Shown here: positions 14,380 to 27,200 of the stretch, piece after piece | Position numbering within the stretch: the stretch's first letter is position 1 | How the letters are laid out: the number at the start of each line of letters is the position of its first letter | Assembly: GCF_052425735.1 (NCBI RefSeq) | Contig: NC_135760.1 | Location: 12,214,001 to 12,278,000, forward strand | Length of the DNA stretch: 64,000 nt | Origin: Oculina patagonica | Taxonomy: Eukaryota | Direction: 5' to 3' | The notes under the pieces: model-generated | Databases searched by the model: none | What the model was told of the DNA's origin: nothing | Seen by the model: the letters and a program-made list of their open reading frames with translations, nothing else | Translations under genes and position numbers: made by a program

Positions 14380-14607
14380 CGCCCCCGGCGTTTATTTCAA
14401 ACTTGGCCTGGTGGACCCGGCGTTTATTTGATTTCTGCAGTTAATTTGAGCCAGATTTTCATTAACCAATGGTTTTTATTCGTTATTTTTGACAAAAATG
14501 TATCTGGCTAACGTGCCAACAGTTTATTATACCTTAAATAAATACCGGAGGAACTTTTTTTTTATTTCGTCTTGGAGACCCGGCGTTTAATCGAGAAAAT
14601 ACGGTAT
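14380..14607. mobile_element. Partial Tc2-like MITE end
   Basis: Three cccggcgttta repeats and a terminal gaaaatacgg|TA. The matching left end was not found. Confidence 0.45.
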
Positions 14608-14744
14608 GTATGCTTCCTGCCGTTGGGCACGCTTTTACAAAGAAGGAAGACAATTTATCAGCATAGTTTTAATATTTTATGGAACTAACTTATTTGCTAG
14701 CTAGTTTGTTAGTGGTTTGACGCTTACTGTTTTTTGATGTTATT

Positions 14745-14790
14745 TTTCAAGATGTTTCGGCCACTGCTCTTAAGCCTTCATCAGTTGAAT
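14745..14790 (-). ncRNA. Minimal type I hammerhead ribozyme motif (Penelope-like element remnant)
   Basis: Minus strand reads ttcaa CTGATGA aggc-ttaagagcagtg-gcc GAAA c ATC ttgaa. Stems I and II pair. Confidence 0.55.
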
Positions 14791-16511
14791 AATCAAACTG
14801 TTACACGCCGCGCGCGCTGCAAAAATAACGTGTAAAGTTTGAAATGTCATCTCCTGACTACAACTAGTTGTACCTATCGGTAAGTGCCAACGAGCGAAAT
14901 ACTCATGTTTGTTCATAAGAACAGATATTGAATGGTTTTTGATAGAACTATATTTGAAATGACCAAAATATGGTAAATTGTATTTTAGGTAATATGCGAA
15001 AAAAGTGCTATTTCCCTGGTGTTCATAAATGACACAGGCTTGATAGCCTGCGTAGCAGGCGCCTTAGTTTCCAGCGCGCGTATCCTCGCGATCGCGCACT
15101 CTTTTAAACACACTAAAAAACGTACACAGATGTCTGCTACGCAGGCTACGGGTTTGACAGATTGATAACTCTTGACAGATCTTTAATCAAATTTTTATTC
15201 AAGTTAACATTACATTTGCCGTTAGAAGCAAAAAACGTTTGACTTTCTTGTGTGTATGACATGCAGTAATTTTAGTGAGCGTCGCTTTGTATTGATGTTA
15301 TTCCTACGCGGAGCGAAAATGCGTGCCAAATAAAATATAAACGATATTTGATTTGGAATAAATCATCGGTCAAACAATTACTATAAACACAATCAACACT
15401 AAAAGGAAGCATTTACCCGACTTCAGCATTCTCGTAAGTCAAGAAAACTCTATTTGAAGTCAGCAGTCCGCTTTTGATTTTCATGTTCTCTCTTCGATCG
15501 TAAATCAAAGGACTCCAAAGTCGAAAGATTATTTCATCGCTTTGAAGACCTTGATGTTCATTTTTTCGGCGGTCGAATATTCTGTAGGGTATTCTCTTTC
15601 GATTTGTAATTCCCTAAAGGTGTATTTATCGGTAAAGGGATGAATGACCACATTGAAAATTTTAACAGCGAGCCGCGTGGACGCCATTTTGGTCATTTGC
15701 TTTCTAGCAAGGAGTGAGAGACTGGGAACCAGTTGGGAAGAACAATACAACCCAAATATGGGGTTTACTTACACCCAAATATGGTCAAAAAAAAGTCCCT
15801 TACGCAGAACTTAAGATTTTCTCTGCCTATACACTCATACGCACACGGCTCTATGATTCTGCCGCCTCGACAGCCTCGCCTCTTGGCTCGGCTGTCTCGT
15901 TGGCAATTACACTATTTTTATTTGGTAGCTATTGGGGAAAACTGGTCTCGTACAGACTTTCGTTATCTTCTAAATGTTCTAATAAGCTCGCCGGCGAATT
16001 CCTGTAAGATTTGGTGTAAGATTCTCACGCCTGGGTTCAACCCTTATACAAGGCGTGGAAGGATGAGTTCAGAAACTGAACTAAGGGTAAGTCGGAGAGA
16101 CGCAGCAAAAACTCCAAACCCCTCGCCTTTTTCCTTCCTCTTTCATGGCCTCTTCAAAACTCGCATTTTTGTCCCAAACTGGACTTGACAACTTGTTCCA
16201 GAAAATTTGCTAGGAATGATTGCGCCGCTACAGTGCAAAGTTGCGCGGGAAACTTCTCGTTTGGCTTCCAATCACGTGGTGATCAGTTGTGTCAAGAAAC
16301 CGTTTTAGACAACTAATGATACTGCTCCCATAAATACTCGCATCTGATTGGTGACAGCAGAACTATTTATCCCAAATTGTTTCGCTAGCTGATTTGTATC
16401 GCTCAGAGTTTCGCGCCAAAAACGCGGCTGCACCACTGTCTCAACTCGCTTCGCGGCTTTGCTGCACCACTCGTGGAAATTACTAAAAATCTTTCACAAT
16501 TGATCTCTAAT

Positions 16512-19500
16512 AGACCATTTGCATTATGACGTAAATCGCAAAGACTTCTGGTAGTTGTAGTTAGGTTCGCGGGAAATTTTGAATCGTCATCAAGCCCGCT
16601 AGCCCAAGAAAATCGTGATGGAGGTAAAGAAAATTACTCTCACCGAAGACGACGTCCCTGTGGCTTCATTTAAAGGGCAAAAAGCAACCTCTCAGTATAT
16701 TAAAAACCAAGTCCGTTAAAATGAAAAGAAAGTTATGCAAGAAATTGTATATTTGCTGGGTTGCGTTTTGTAGCGAAGTTTCAACGAGTGTTTCCTCCAA
16801 GTCTCAGTCGCGCGGTTATTCATTAAATTCCTAAAACTTTTGCTTGCCAGGTATTTTCAAATAATATACGAAGAGGCAATATTTTACCCTTTCTAAACAT
16901 GGGGGAGCACAGTACATGATGTCTACACTCGTAAAAATCTTTGAGGCTCACCTTTCGAGTTGCACAAGTAATCGTTCATCAACAAGATTATGGAAATACA
17001 ATTATATTTGCTCGCACGGCCCTCGCTCGGATTGAAACCACAACTGCTACTCGACGAGTTGACATTTCCAGTACAAAAACAAGAAAACTTCTTTGTTAAA
17101 GAATATTGCAATTACAGTTCTAATTTGACGAAAAAATACAATTTTAAGATAAAAACAAATAATCTGTACCGTATTCAAATGCACAGGGAAGTTTTGATTG
17201 ATCAGCTTGAAAATCCTTTATGATTGACCCTTCATGATTCATCGATGAAGCTCGATTAAACAAGGAAAATTATTTGACTCGTTTCTCTGTCTCAATGTAA
17301 AAATAAATTAAACTGACCGTCCCGCCGAGCAATCATGATATTTGGTAAATTTTCTAAGCTTTTCAGTGAAGAATTAAGAGGCTCCGACTGAGAATATGAA
17401 GAATCGTTGGACAGGCTGGGGAAATCGAAAATCTTGAAACTTTGCCTGAATAACACCTTTGGGGAACTATGTTCGAAAATATTATTCTCATCTTCTAGGA
17501 ATTTATGGTTTTCGAGAAATTAAGAAAAAACGAAAATAACGGTTTTAGCTCATTAAATATGCAAAAAATATGCGTAAAAATGGCAAAGTTCTCGATATTC
17601 CTATAAGAGCAATTTTCAGTGCTCTGAATCGAAATAAACTTAGAATAATAGCTTGACCTTTCTTCTACCAGGCAACATAAACGTTCAATTTTTTCCGGCT
17701 ATTTTGAGGTTTCCTTCGCCTTTTAAAATATTGCTTTATCAAGCACTTCGGGAAAGGGCAAAAATTGAGAAACTTTGGAGGCCGAAAAAGCACCTTGATA
17801 TGTCCGATATCGAGTCAAACTAAACACTGTGCAAAAGCTCGATGTCTCTTCTGTTATAATATCAAATAAAAAATCTGGGTACTCAAGATTCACACAAATG
17901 AGAAACGAAAGTTTACGACCTCCTCGTGTCTAATTTGCATAAAGCTAATTTTTGAATTCGTCCTCCGCTAAGTGATCTGGTCCGCTAAATTTAAATTTGG
18001 GAGCTATGATTTGCACAAAGAAAGCAAGTTTAAACTTTATTTGATTTTGTTGACGTCGTATGCCTATCAACAGGTTATATAAACGCAAAGAAAGAAGAAA
18101 AAACAGTAAAATTATCGACTGAGCTCATTGCGTGACCTGCGTCACGTTATAAATTTTCTTGTCAACAATTGAATTTGATTTGTTTGTTAGGACTCAGTTG
18201 CATTTCAAATTTAAGATTAAAGAATGAGATAATAATATCATTCACTTACCTGAAATTGGGAATGATTTGTACCTTTTATTTACTCTGGCGGGTAACTCAC
18301 GTCAAAGCCGTAACTTGCGTAGTACCGGTATTATTAATTTGGAAGTTGACTTCAGCTATAAACATAAACGTACATAAATATTATGAAAATATATCGCTGT
18401 TAGTTTCCGTTCAGTTGTCATTTTTAATGGCAATAAAATACGAAAAGTTTCTCATCTTGTTTTAAAACAACTATATAAAAGGTTTCGATCGTGCAAAAAC
18501 CATTCATTCATTTATTCAGATGCACATCACAAAATTAAATTAATTTATAATTCAATTTAAAGAGACCGAACACGTACACAGCGACAGAACTCGGCGCCAG
18601 GACATTTAACACAAAGCACAAAATTATTCGGCTGAAATTTAAAAATAGAATGACCCTTTACAATTGTGCCTCTCTTGTTGGTGGGGCTTCAGGAGTCCAA
18701 GCCCAGAAAATCCAGAATTTGTCCAGTTTGTAAATTACCATGCAAAAGCACACTTCAAATTTTGTTACATCTTGTCTGACAGATACTGAAAGCATCGATA
18801 GCGAAGGAAAATTGTTAGTTGCCCGTACAGGTAAGGTAATTTTGTTTTCTTTGAACCACATCTATGTTTGGGTAACTGAATTAATGCAAGCTTACCTTGG
18901 GATTTTTGTAGCGCAAGAATGCCAAGAACATATGACAGTTTGTCATAAATACAAGAACACGCTCTTTCGCTGGCGGACTGGAGAGCAAGATGTTCTATAC
19001 CAATGGAAATTGCGAGCCATAAGCCTTCTTTCACTCGGGAGGATCGCGGAATAGCAAGCAACCCTGCTCTGTTTTACAAGAGACGGGTATAGTTTGAGCT
19101 AGATCACATAAGCATTAACTTTCTGTTACTTAATTTAGGTTTAAGCCCACAGTAACAACTTCCAAGTAAAAATTTAATGAATAATAGCCCACATGATTAC
19201 TATAGTATTTCCTAGACTTTTAAGTTAAAACACTTTCTTTAATATTGTAAATTTAATATTGGTTTTAAGTTATAAATTGACAGTTGACCTTACCCTACTA
19301 GCCTTCAGAACAAGCGCTTGCTGTTGGGCACTTTTAAAAAAGCCCAACAATACCGCAGGCTAATCAAAGTTTTGCGGTTTCGCGACGTCTCGGGTTTCAA
19401 GTTACAAGCAAATAAGTAAAATTTTATCACAAGTATTAAATGCGCCTTCAACGGCAGAGTATTAGTTTTTATTGACTGTTCTATTAACTATGCTTTCACT

Positions 19501-21540
19501 TAACACGCATTCTACAACCCAAGATTTCACTTGTTTTGAAATCGTGCCCGGACGCTTGATTTTAATGAGCACAGGCAATGGAAAAATCACACGCAAAATT
19601 TAACTCATACCTGCTGAAAATTTTGTGACAAACTGGACAAATTCTGGATTTTCTGGGCTTGGACCAAGCCCCACCAACAAGAGAGGCACAACTGTTAAGG
19701 GTCATTCTATTTTTAAATTTCAGCCGAATAATTTCGTGCCTTGTGTTAAATGTCCTGGCGCCGGGTCCTGTAGCTGTGTACATGTTCGGTCTCTTTAATC
19801 TAATTTTGTGATGTACATCTGAATGAATGAATGGATTTTGCACGATCGAAACCTTTTATATAGTTGTTTTAAAACAAGTTGAGAAACTTTTCGTATTTTA
19901 TTTCCATTAATGACAACTGAACGGATCTAACAGCGATATATGTCCATCATAGTTTTAATAATTATTTACGTTTATGTTCGTAAAAAGTAAACTTCCAAAT
20001 TAATAATAACTACACGATTTATATTTTTGACGTAAGTTATGCGAGTAAATAAAATATACAAATCATTCCTAATTTCAGGTAAGTGAATGATATTATTATC
20101 TTAATCTTTAATCTTAAATTTGAAATGTAAGAGTCCTAACAAACACATCTTTCCTCCGATCTTTTTAATTTAATTATTGACAAGAAAATTCATACCGTGA
20201 CGCAGGTCACGCAATGAGCTCAGTCGATAATTTTACTGTTTTTTCTTCTTTCTTCGCGTCTATATAACCTGTTGATAGGCATACGACGTCAACAAAATCA
20301 AATAAAGTTTAAACTTGCTTTCTTTGTGCAAATCATAGCTCCCGAATTTAAATTTAGCGGACCAGATCACTTAGCGGAGAACGAATTCAAAAATTAGCTT
20401 TATGCAAATTAGACACGCGGAGGTCGTAAACTTTCGTTTCTCATTTGTGTGAATCTTGAGTACCCAGATTTTTTATTTAATATTATAACAGAAGAGAAAT
20501 TGCGCTTTTGCACAGTGTTTAGTTTGACTCGATATCGGACATATCAAGGTGCTTTTTCGGCCTCCAAAGTTTCTCAATTTTTGCCCTTTCCCGAAGTGCT
20601 TGATAAAGCAATATTTTAAAAGGCGAAGGAAACCTCAAAATAGCCGGAAAAAATTGAAAGTTTATGTTGCCTGGTAGAAGAAAGGTCAAGCTATTATTTT
20701 AAGTTTATTTCGATTCAGAGCATTGAAAATTGCTCTTATAGGAATATCGAGAACTTTGCCATTTTTACGCATATTTTTTGCATATTTAATGAGCTAAAAC
20801 CGTTATTTTCGTTTTTTCTTAATTTCTCGAAAACCATAAATTCCTAGAAGATGAGAATAATATTTTCGAACATAGTTCCCCAAAGGTGTTATTCAGGCAA
20901 AGTTTCAAGATTTTCGATTTCCCCAGCCTGTCCAACGATTCTTCATATTCTCAGTCGGAGCCTCTTAATTCACCTGCGATCGATGGAAGCGATCGTTTGT
21001 TGAACGTCTGAAAATAGATTAAGAACAAAGTCAATGGCTTGCCTTGCTTTCACTTGATTCCACACAAATTTAGTTATATCCTAGACTCGTCCTTTCAAGC
21101 AATCTGTTTCCAGTGCGCGATGTTTTGAAGCTGTGATATTAGGCTAAAATTATTTACGAAGAGAAGTTGTCGGCCGCGATGAATGAATTTCTACCAAGTC
21201 AACTCCGCCACACAACGTACATATTAAACTTACTTGAGCACGAACAACATTTGTCTGTCTTGGTTAAAACACAGAACTCAGTCAATTTCCATTCCAAAGC
21301 TATCATCCTGTTTTCTATATTTTTGACAGGTAACTGAAAAAATAAATGTATAAACAAATTTCGAAGCGACAACAGCGTAAACTTAGCAGCTCAAACTTCA
21401 GATCAAATTAAAAGACCTGGAAGTCCACCTTCACGCTTGGCTGCCCTTAGCCAATCATAAGCCAGAAGTGGTGTTTTCCCGCGAACCTAACTACAACTAC
21501 CAGAAGTCTTTGCGCTTTTACGTCATAATGCAAATGGTCT
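16512..21540. mobile_element. Internally deleted DNA transposon (ISL2EU/PHIS-like), host of a nested Sola3-type element
   Basis: About 65-bp TIRs AGACCATTTGCATTATGACGT...GTTCGCGGGAAA / TTTCCCGCGAAC...ACGTCATAATGCAAATGGTCT, flanked by AT. A truncated ORF start MEVKKITLTEDDVPVASFKG begins at 16618. Confidence 0.7.
17378..20964. mobile_element. Sola3-type non-autonomous foldback transposon
   Basis: TTAA|GAGGCTCCGACTG...CAGTCGGAGCCTC|TTAA with about 1.35-kb inverted arms (17378-18731 / 19627-20964). GAG termini, a TTAA TSD and very long TIRs are the Sola3 signature. Confidence 0.85.
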
Positions 21541-22169
21541 ATTGTCTCTCAAACAGGCCGTTTTCCTATGCTAATCATTATTGTGCTTTGGAGATAGTAT
21601 GTACGCGTACAGCTAGGGCGGTTTGCATCACCTATGAGGTGCCTTTGCTCATGATTACCAACATACCACTAGAAACGTACCGATTCTCTTTAGATCAAGC
21701 CATGGCATGTGGGGTTAAAAATATTGCGCACAACGAAAGTCAGAATATTGGTGAAAATTGCGGCAGCATATAATTAGAGGTTGTAGTAAAACGCTTTCGT
21801 ATTTGAAGAACGCACCATGGTTTGTTTTGTCAAACTCGCAGGAGAAACAAATTGGCGCCTGGAATGATTTAAAACGAAATAAATGATTAAAAATATAGTT
21901 CATCTAAATGAAGAGCACTCAGTTACAGCGCATTTTTTTTAAAAAGGAATTTTGTCCTTAAAACCACCCAATGATTGAATATATTTCATTTGTAGTTTCT
22001 GAAAGCAATAAGGTTTACTAGTTTTCATAAATTCTCATGGGTGGGTGGGAGGGGAACACATAAGAAAAGAACAGCTTGTCGTCTGATCAGCTGAGTTACG
22101 ACCTACTGGGGGAGGGGGCGGGGTCAGGAGTTGGGTGGATGACCGTACGGGAACATTTACATAGAGTAA

Positions 22170-22553
22170 AGGTCGGGACACACTAGGCGACAAGTTGCTG
22201 CAACGTGTTGCCTCGTGTGACACGGTGAATTTTTGTCGCTGCGACAGAATTTTGTCGCTGCGATCAGTCGCACGAATTCAAACTGGTTTGAATTCGTGCG
22301 ACTGATCGCAGCGACAAAATGAGCGAAAGCGCCGTCGTCGCAGCGTGAGTACACTTCTGCGACAACTCGCTGCGACAAAATGTAAATTAACCAATGAGAG
22401 AGTGTCGTGTATTTTTGCCATATTGAATTGGAAAACTAGCCACATTCCCACTCTTCAAAAGTCGCTGTGTACAACGAACAAGCGCCTTGTCGCAGCGACT
22501 TGTTTTGAGGTAGTACACAAGGAGCGACTTGTCGCCTAGTCGGGTCCCCGACT
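22170..22553. mobile_element. MITE (Harbinger-like) with tgtcgc/gcgaca repeats
   Basis: gtcgggacacactaggcgacaagt / acttgtcgcctagtcgggtccccgac inverted ends and an internal palindrome. Confidence 0.7.
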
Positions 22554-24287
22554 ATGACTGCTGAAGTAAGCCATTATTTTCAGTTTAAAATGTGGATAAA
22601 TGTAAGGGCGCGTTCTATTGGAAACAACTGTTTTCCGTAGTTTATTTAATTTATTATTTTCTGAGACTGTGATTGGTTCTCCTTGTCTAGACTTTCTCAA
22701 AGTCGTTCGCTTTTCGTTTCCGGTTTGGTGGCAGTAGACCCCGGTACTACTGTGTGCTCTCCTCGCGCTCTGTGAGCTTAACTTGTAGGCAAGCCTACTC
22801 CTTGTCCAACAGACTCGTTGAGCGAAAGAAACGAGAAAGAAAACAAAATGGCTGCCCAACAGTGTATGAGGTACACGAGAAGCTGTTCACGGCTCTATTG
22901 TTTTTCCCTCGCCTTCTGAACAAAGACTTTTAAATGTTTTGTTTTAGTTAAGAAGTATTAGGAAAACCATTCACTGATTGGCTGGTGTTTATTTTTTAAG
23001 CAAGTTTAAGAACTTTTAGTGTGAATAGACCATAAGGACGGTTATTTAAACTGTCTTTGTAATTTATTACTTTTTAGATTTTATCAGTTGGTGAGTGTTA
23101 TAGGTTTAGTCGTGTGTTACGATAATTATGAGTTCTCAGCGCGCTTGTATCTTGCGAGTTTAGTCTGTAAAGGTAAAGATAAAGGGAGTCCACCGCACTA
23201 ACCATTAGGCCACCGTGCCTCCAGAGTTTTAAGGGAAATGGTCAAAACTATTGAATTTAGACAGGATTCACCGGTCTGCAAAAGGACAGGTGGTCTCTTC
23301 ATGTACCCCTCCCCCTTCCCCACCGTAAAAGATGGTGTCTTGTTTGAATAGCCCCACTCTATCAGGAGTCAAAACTAAGAAAAAGATTCAAACCTCCTTG
23401 TGCCATTTCTCCTGCAATGCTAACCTGCGATCAGGCCGTTCTTTTTTCTTCCCCCGCAGCAGTAGTAGGGAGGGAGGGTATGATTTCAGGTTACTGCAAT
23501 GCAAGCTTCATGCACATTGAATATGAAGGTCTCAACTTGAATTTTAAGGCCAATAAATTTTGTCTATTTGCCTAATCAGACAGGTGGTGTCTTGCATAGC
23601 CCCCCTACCCCTACGAGTACACTTGTTATGACCACTTCCCTTAGTCTGTACTCCCGGGTCTGTACTTCATGGCAAATAAAACACCTTAGGCTGCCCTAGA
23701 ATATGTTCCCAAATCCGCCAAAGCTCAAAGACACTTCCAACCATAAGATTAAATAAAATTTCCCATAGCAAAATCACAGCAAAATGAAACATATCGACAA
23801 TGTATGTATATTTGTCTTCGCAAAATAACCAAAAATCAGGAATATAATTTTTCTGTACTAATTTCCTTTCATTTCTTTTCTAAATTGTAAATATTAATAT
23901 CTCGCGCTTAAAACGACTGAAGCTTACATTGATAATCAGGCAGATAAATCCATTATATTGCGTCTGTATTTCCTTGCTGAGGCATAAATATTTTATACAC
24001 GACAGCAATTTTATTGTGATATCAACTCGAAAACACGTAATAACAATTTGTCCCCTACCCTCCCTACCCTGTCGATTTTTTTTTCGGACTGATATCACCT
24101 ATGTCGAGAAAGTAGCGTAATTTTTGTCTTTCTTCTATGATTATAATATATTCTATACATGTTTATGGTCCGAGGACAGCAGCTTTGTAAGCCGATCTGT
24201 AATACCCTATCTAACTAAGCGATGAGTACAAATTCGATTTTCCTTCTTTGCTTTCAATGTACAATGAATAATATATATATCTTAAGA

Positions 24288-27200
24288 TCAGGCCTCGCCG
24301 TTTTTGACAATATTTTGATTTCTGCTTCCGGTGTTTCCGCCGGAAGTGACTGTTCCATCGTGGAATTTAAGCAGTTCTCCTAAGTATGCTTGGAATGCGT
24401 TCATGGCCGCATTGATCGCCGGTGAGCCAAAACCATGCGTCACGAGACCAAACTGATTGAGACTGCGTAAGATAGAGTCCGGTAGGTTACTGTTGGGCAA
24501 CCTGGTCTTTGGGTAGGGGTCCTGTGCAAGAACGTCTTGAAGTTCCTTTGTCAATTGTCTGGAAGAGAGGATGGACAATAACATTAACCACATATCGACC
24601 TGCTACGATCTGCTAAACGCCTTAAAGGGACAGTGTCGCCATGATTTAGTGCTACTTGAAAAAGTGCAATGAAGGTGTTGGTATTAATTGGAAATTCACT
24701 AATAGTAACCTGGCCTTGCTAAAATGTACTGTACTTGTCGTGAAAATTGTTTAAAGGTGGTTCGGCTATAGACGGATAGTGTCCTAAAACTTGATAGTGG
24801 CTTGCTTGATAGTGGCCTAAAACTTGAAAAAGTTGGGCCGACGGTTTTCAAGTTTGACATTGTCACTTGGAAAAAAACCCACTTAAAACCATTGATAACG
24901 TTTATTTACACCTTGGAGAATGAATTTTACCTTTCTTTTGTTGTTCAAAAAAGTTATGTTGTTGATAAATGAGTGCACCCTCGTAAAGCCTTGATGTCAG
25001 GATACAAATTGATGATGATGATGATGATGATTATCCTGACATGCGAACAAAACGCTCATAGAAACGATTATGAAATTGGCCAAGGCTTACGTGTTTTTAT
25101 ATAAACCTGAAAGATCTTAGGTTTGTATAAACTGAAGCTTTTATAATTGACAAAGCAGTACGTACTTGGCCGCAATAATTGCGTTTTTCCTGGACTGTTG
25201 TTGTGATGGTTCGGCATGTTGCCTGTACTGTCGCTCTGCCAGCTGCGCGGCGGGAAATTCTGATTCACACACGTAATCAAAGTCCGCAGCTAAATGAGCA
25301 GCCTCTCCTGCAAAGGATAATATAAATATATAAAATAAATTACCTTTATTAAGACACAATGAGGATTGAAGCTTTAAGCTCGTGGGGCCGTGTATTCCCG
25401 ATCGAATTGGAATCAGTCGGAAGTGTTGGTTTTTGTGGAGGGAGGAAAACCGGAGAACCCGGAGAAACCGGAGAAAAACCCTCAGAGCAAAGACGAGAAC
25501 CAACAACAAACTCAATCCACATATGTCGCCGTGTCTGGGAATCAAACCCGGGCCACATTGGTGGGAGGCGAGCGCTCTCACCACTGCGCCATCCCTGCTC
25601 CCCTAGTTTTAATTTTCACCTTTTCATCTTCTACAATGAAGGAGGATACCAAAGGGGGGTTCGTGATCCCGTTTCACGCACAAGTTTTGACCAAATTCAC
25701 GTGTCACGTATACTTGAAACAGCAGAATTCACGGATCACGTTTCTTTTCTAACTATTTTTCACGCGTCACGGTCTATTTTTTGCCGTATTTTCACGCGTC
25801 ACGGACTAATTTTTGCCCTTTTCACGTGTCACGCATAAACCCTTTGCCCCCCTCATGAAGGTGAAAGCAAAACAAAAATGGCCACGAGTCAGCTGAAAGA
25901 ACTCCGGCGGTTGTGTACAGCAGGAAAGACTTTGACGAAAGGGCTAACGCTCGAAACGTCAGCTTTTTCCAAATTTGCTTCGGAGGTTTATTTACCTTTA
26001 TCGACTGCAAAGTGATAATCAACTTAGTATATAAAAAAAACGCCCAGGGTAAATAATCTTTCTATGATGGTCCAAAACGGGTCATCAGTAGCCAATCCGG
26101 TTAGGATATATTGCCCACGTGACTTGAACTTCTAAGCCTGTGAACAGGCTCTCCGGTCGATGGTGGGGCGAAAGAAAGTGGAAAGAGAAAGGAGGGAAAG
26201 AGGGAGAAGAAAAAGGCGGGGGAAGGGGAAAAGAGAGAGAGCTCCCCTGCGTTTCTTTCTCCTCCAAGCCCTTCTGTCCCTTTTAGGCTCGCTTCGCTCG
26301 CCGATCTTTTTGGCCCTGCCCTGCCCCACTTGGGAGCCTGTTCGCAAGCTAAAACTTCTCGACAAGCTAAGCAAACTCACTGTTTCAACCACATCACAAG
26401 GGAAACATATTGTCAAGAGCTCCAAAATCTCTCCAACTTCACTTTTTTTTCAAACGTACCTTCTACTAGTGAGGTTAGTAGCGTGACTTGTGCTGCCTTT
26501 CTCCTTCCCGCCGGAAGTGACAGACCAATTTTTTCTAACTTGTCACGCAAGCTCTTACCACCATTCTTAGACTTGGCTCTGAAATAAAATAAAATCGTGT
26601 TAGTAAAACATCTTTGGCATGTTTGTCCTCCAGGCGTAACTATAAGAAAAATTCGCCAATCGATCTTAATAGAATGATTAAACCAGAAAATTTATGTGAG
26701 AGTTCGGTGAGAGTTAAATTGCCTTCGGTTTCCGAACCCAATCGGACCATCTAAAAATCACTTAAAGTATACCTGATACTTGAAAAGTCCGCCTTAATAA
26801 TAATAATAATAATAATAATAGAGAAAAGAGAGAAAAACTACTAATCAATTTCAACGGACAGTGGAAAACAAATCTAACTTCACTAGAGTTTCATTTGATG
26901 GCTTATTTTTATTGATCCGCCAACATAATCTTTCATAAACCGGCGAAACCTTAGAAAGGAAAACTCGGGGTGTGGCACTTGTATTCCCATGCCACGTCTT
27001 TTTTTAATCGAACGGAATCCAACGTCGAACATCTTTTCCAATCACCAAGCCATCAAAGCTAATAAATTCTTCGATTGCACAACTTAAAGTTTTGGAAAAC
27101 CTTCTTGAGAACGGCGATTAGATTTTATCAGATTTCATGTTGGAAGATCTCGACAAACCACCAAATTCTTTAGTCATGAAAAGTCCGAAAGTTTCGCTTT

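Noticed and set aside
15180-16507. ORFs of 73-151 aa
   Set aside because: There is no recognisable domain or splice structure. This is probably a decayed repeat whose family I cannot support.
25141-25838. Several long overlapping ORFs
   Set aside because: They read through SINE and MITE sequence. Only 25307-25166 is a real TFAP2 exon.
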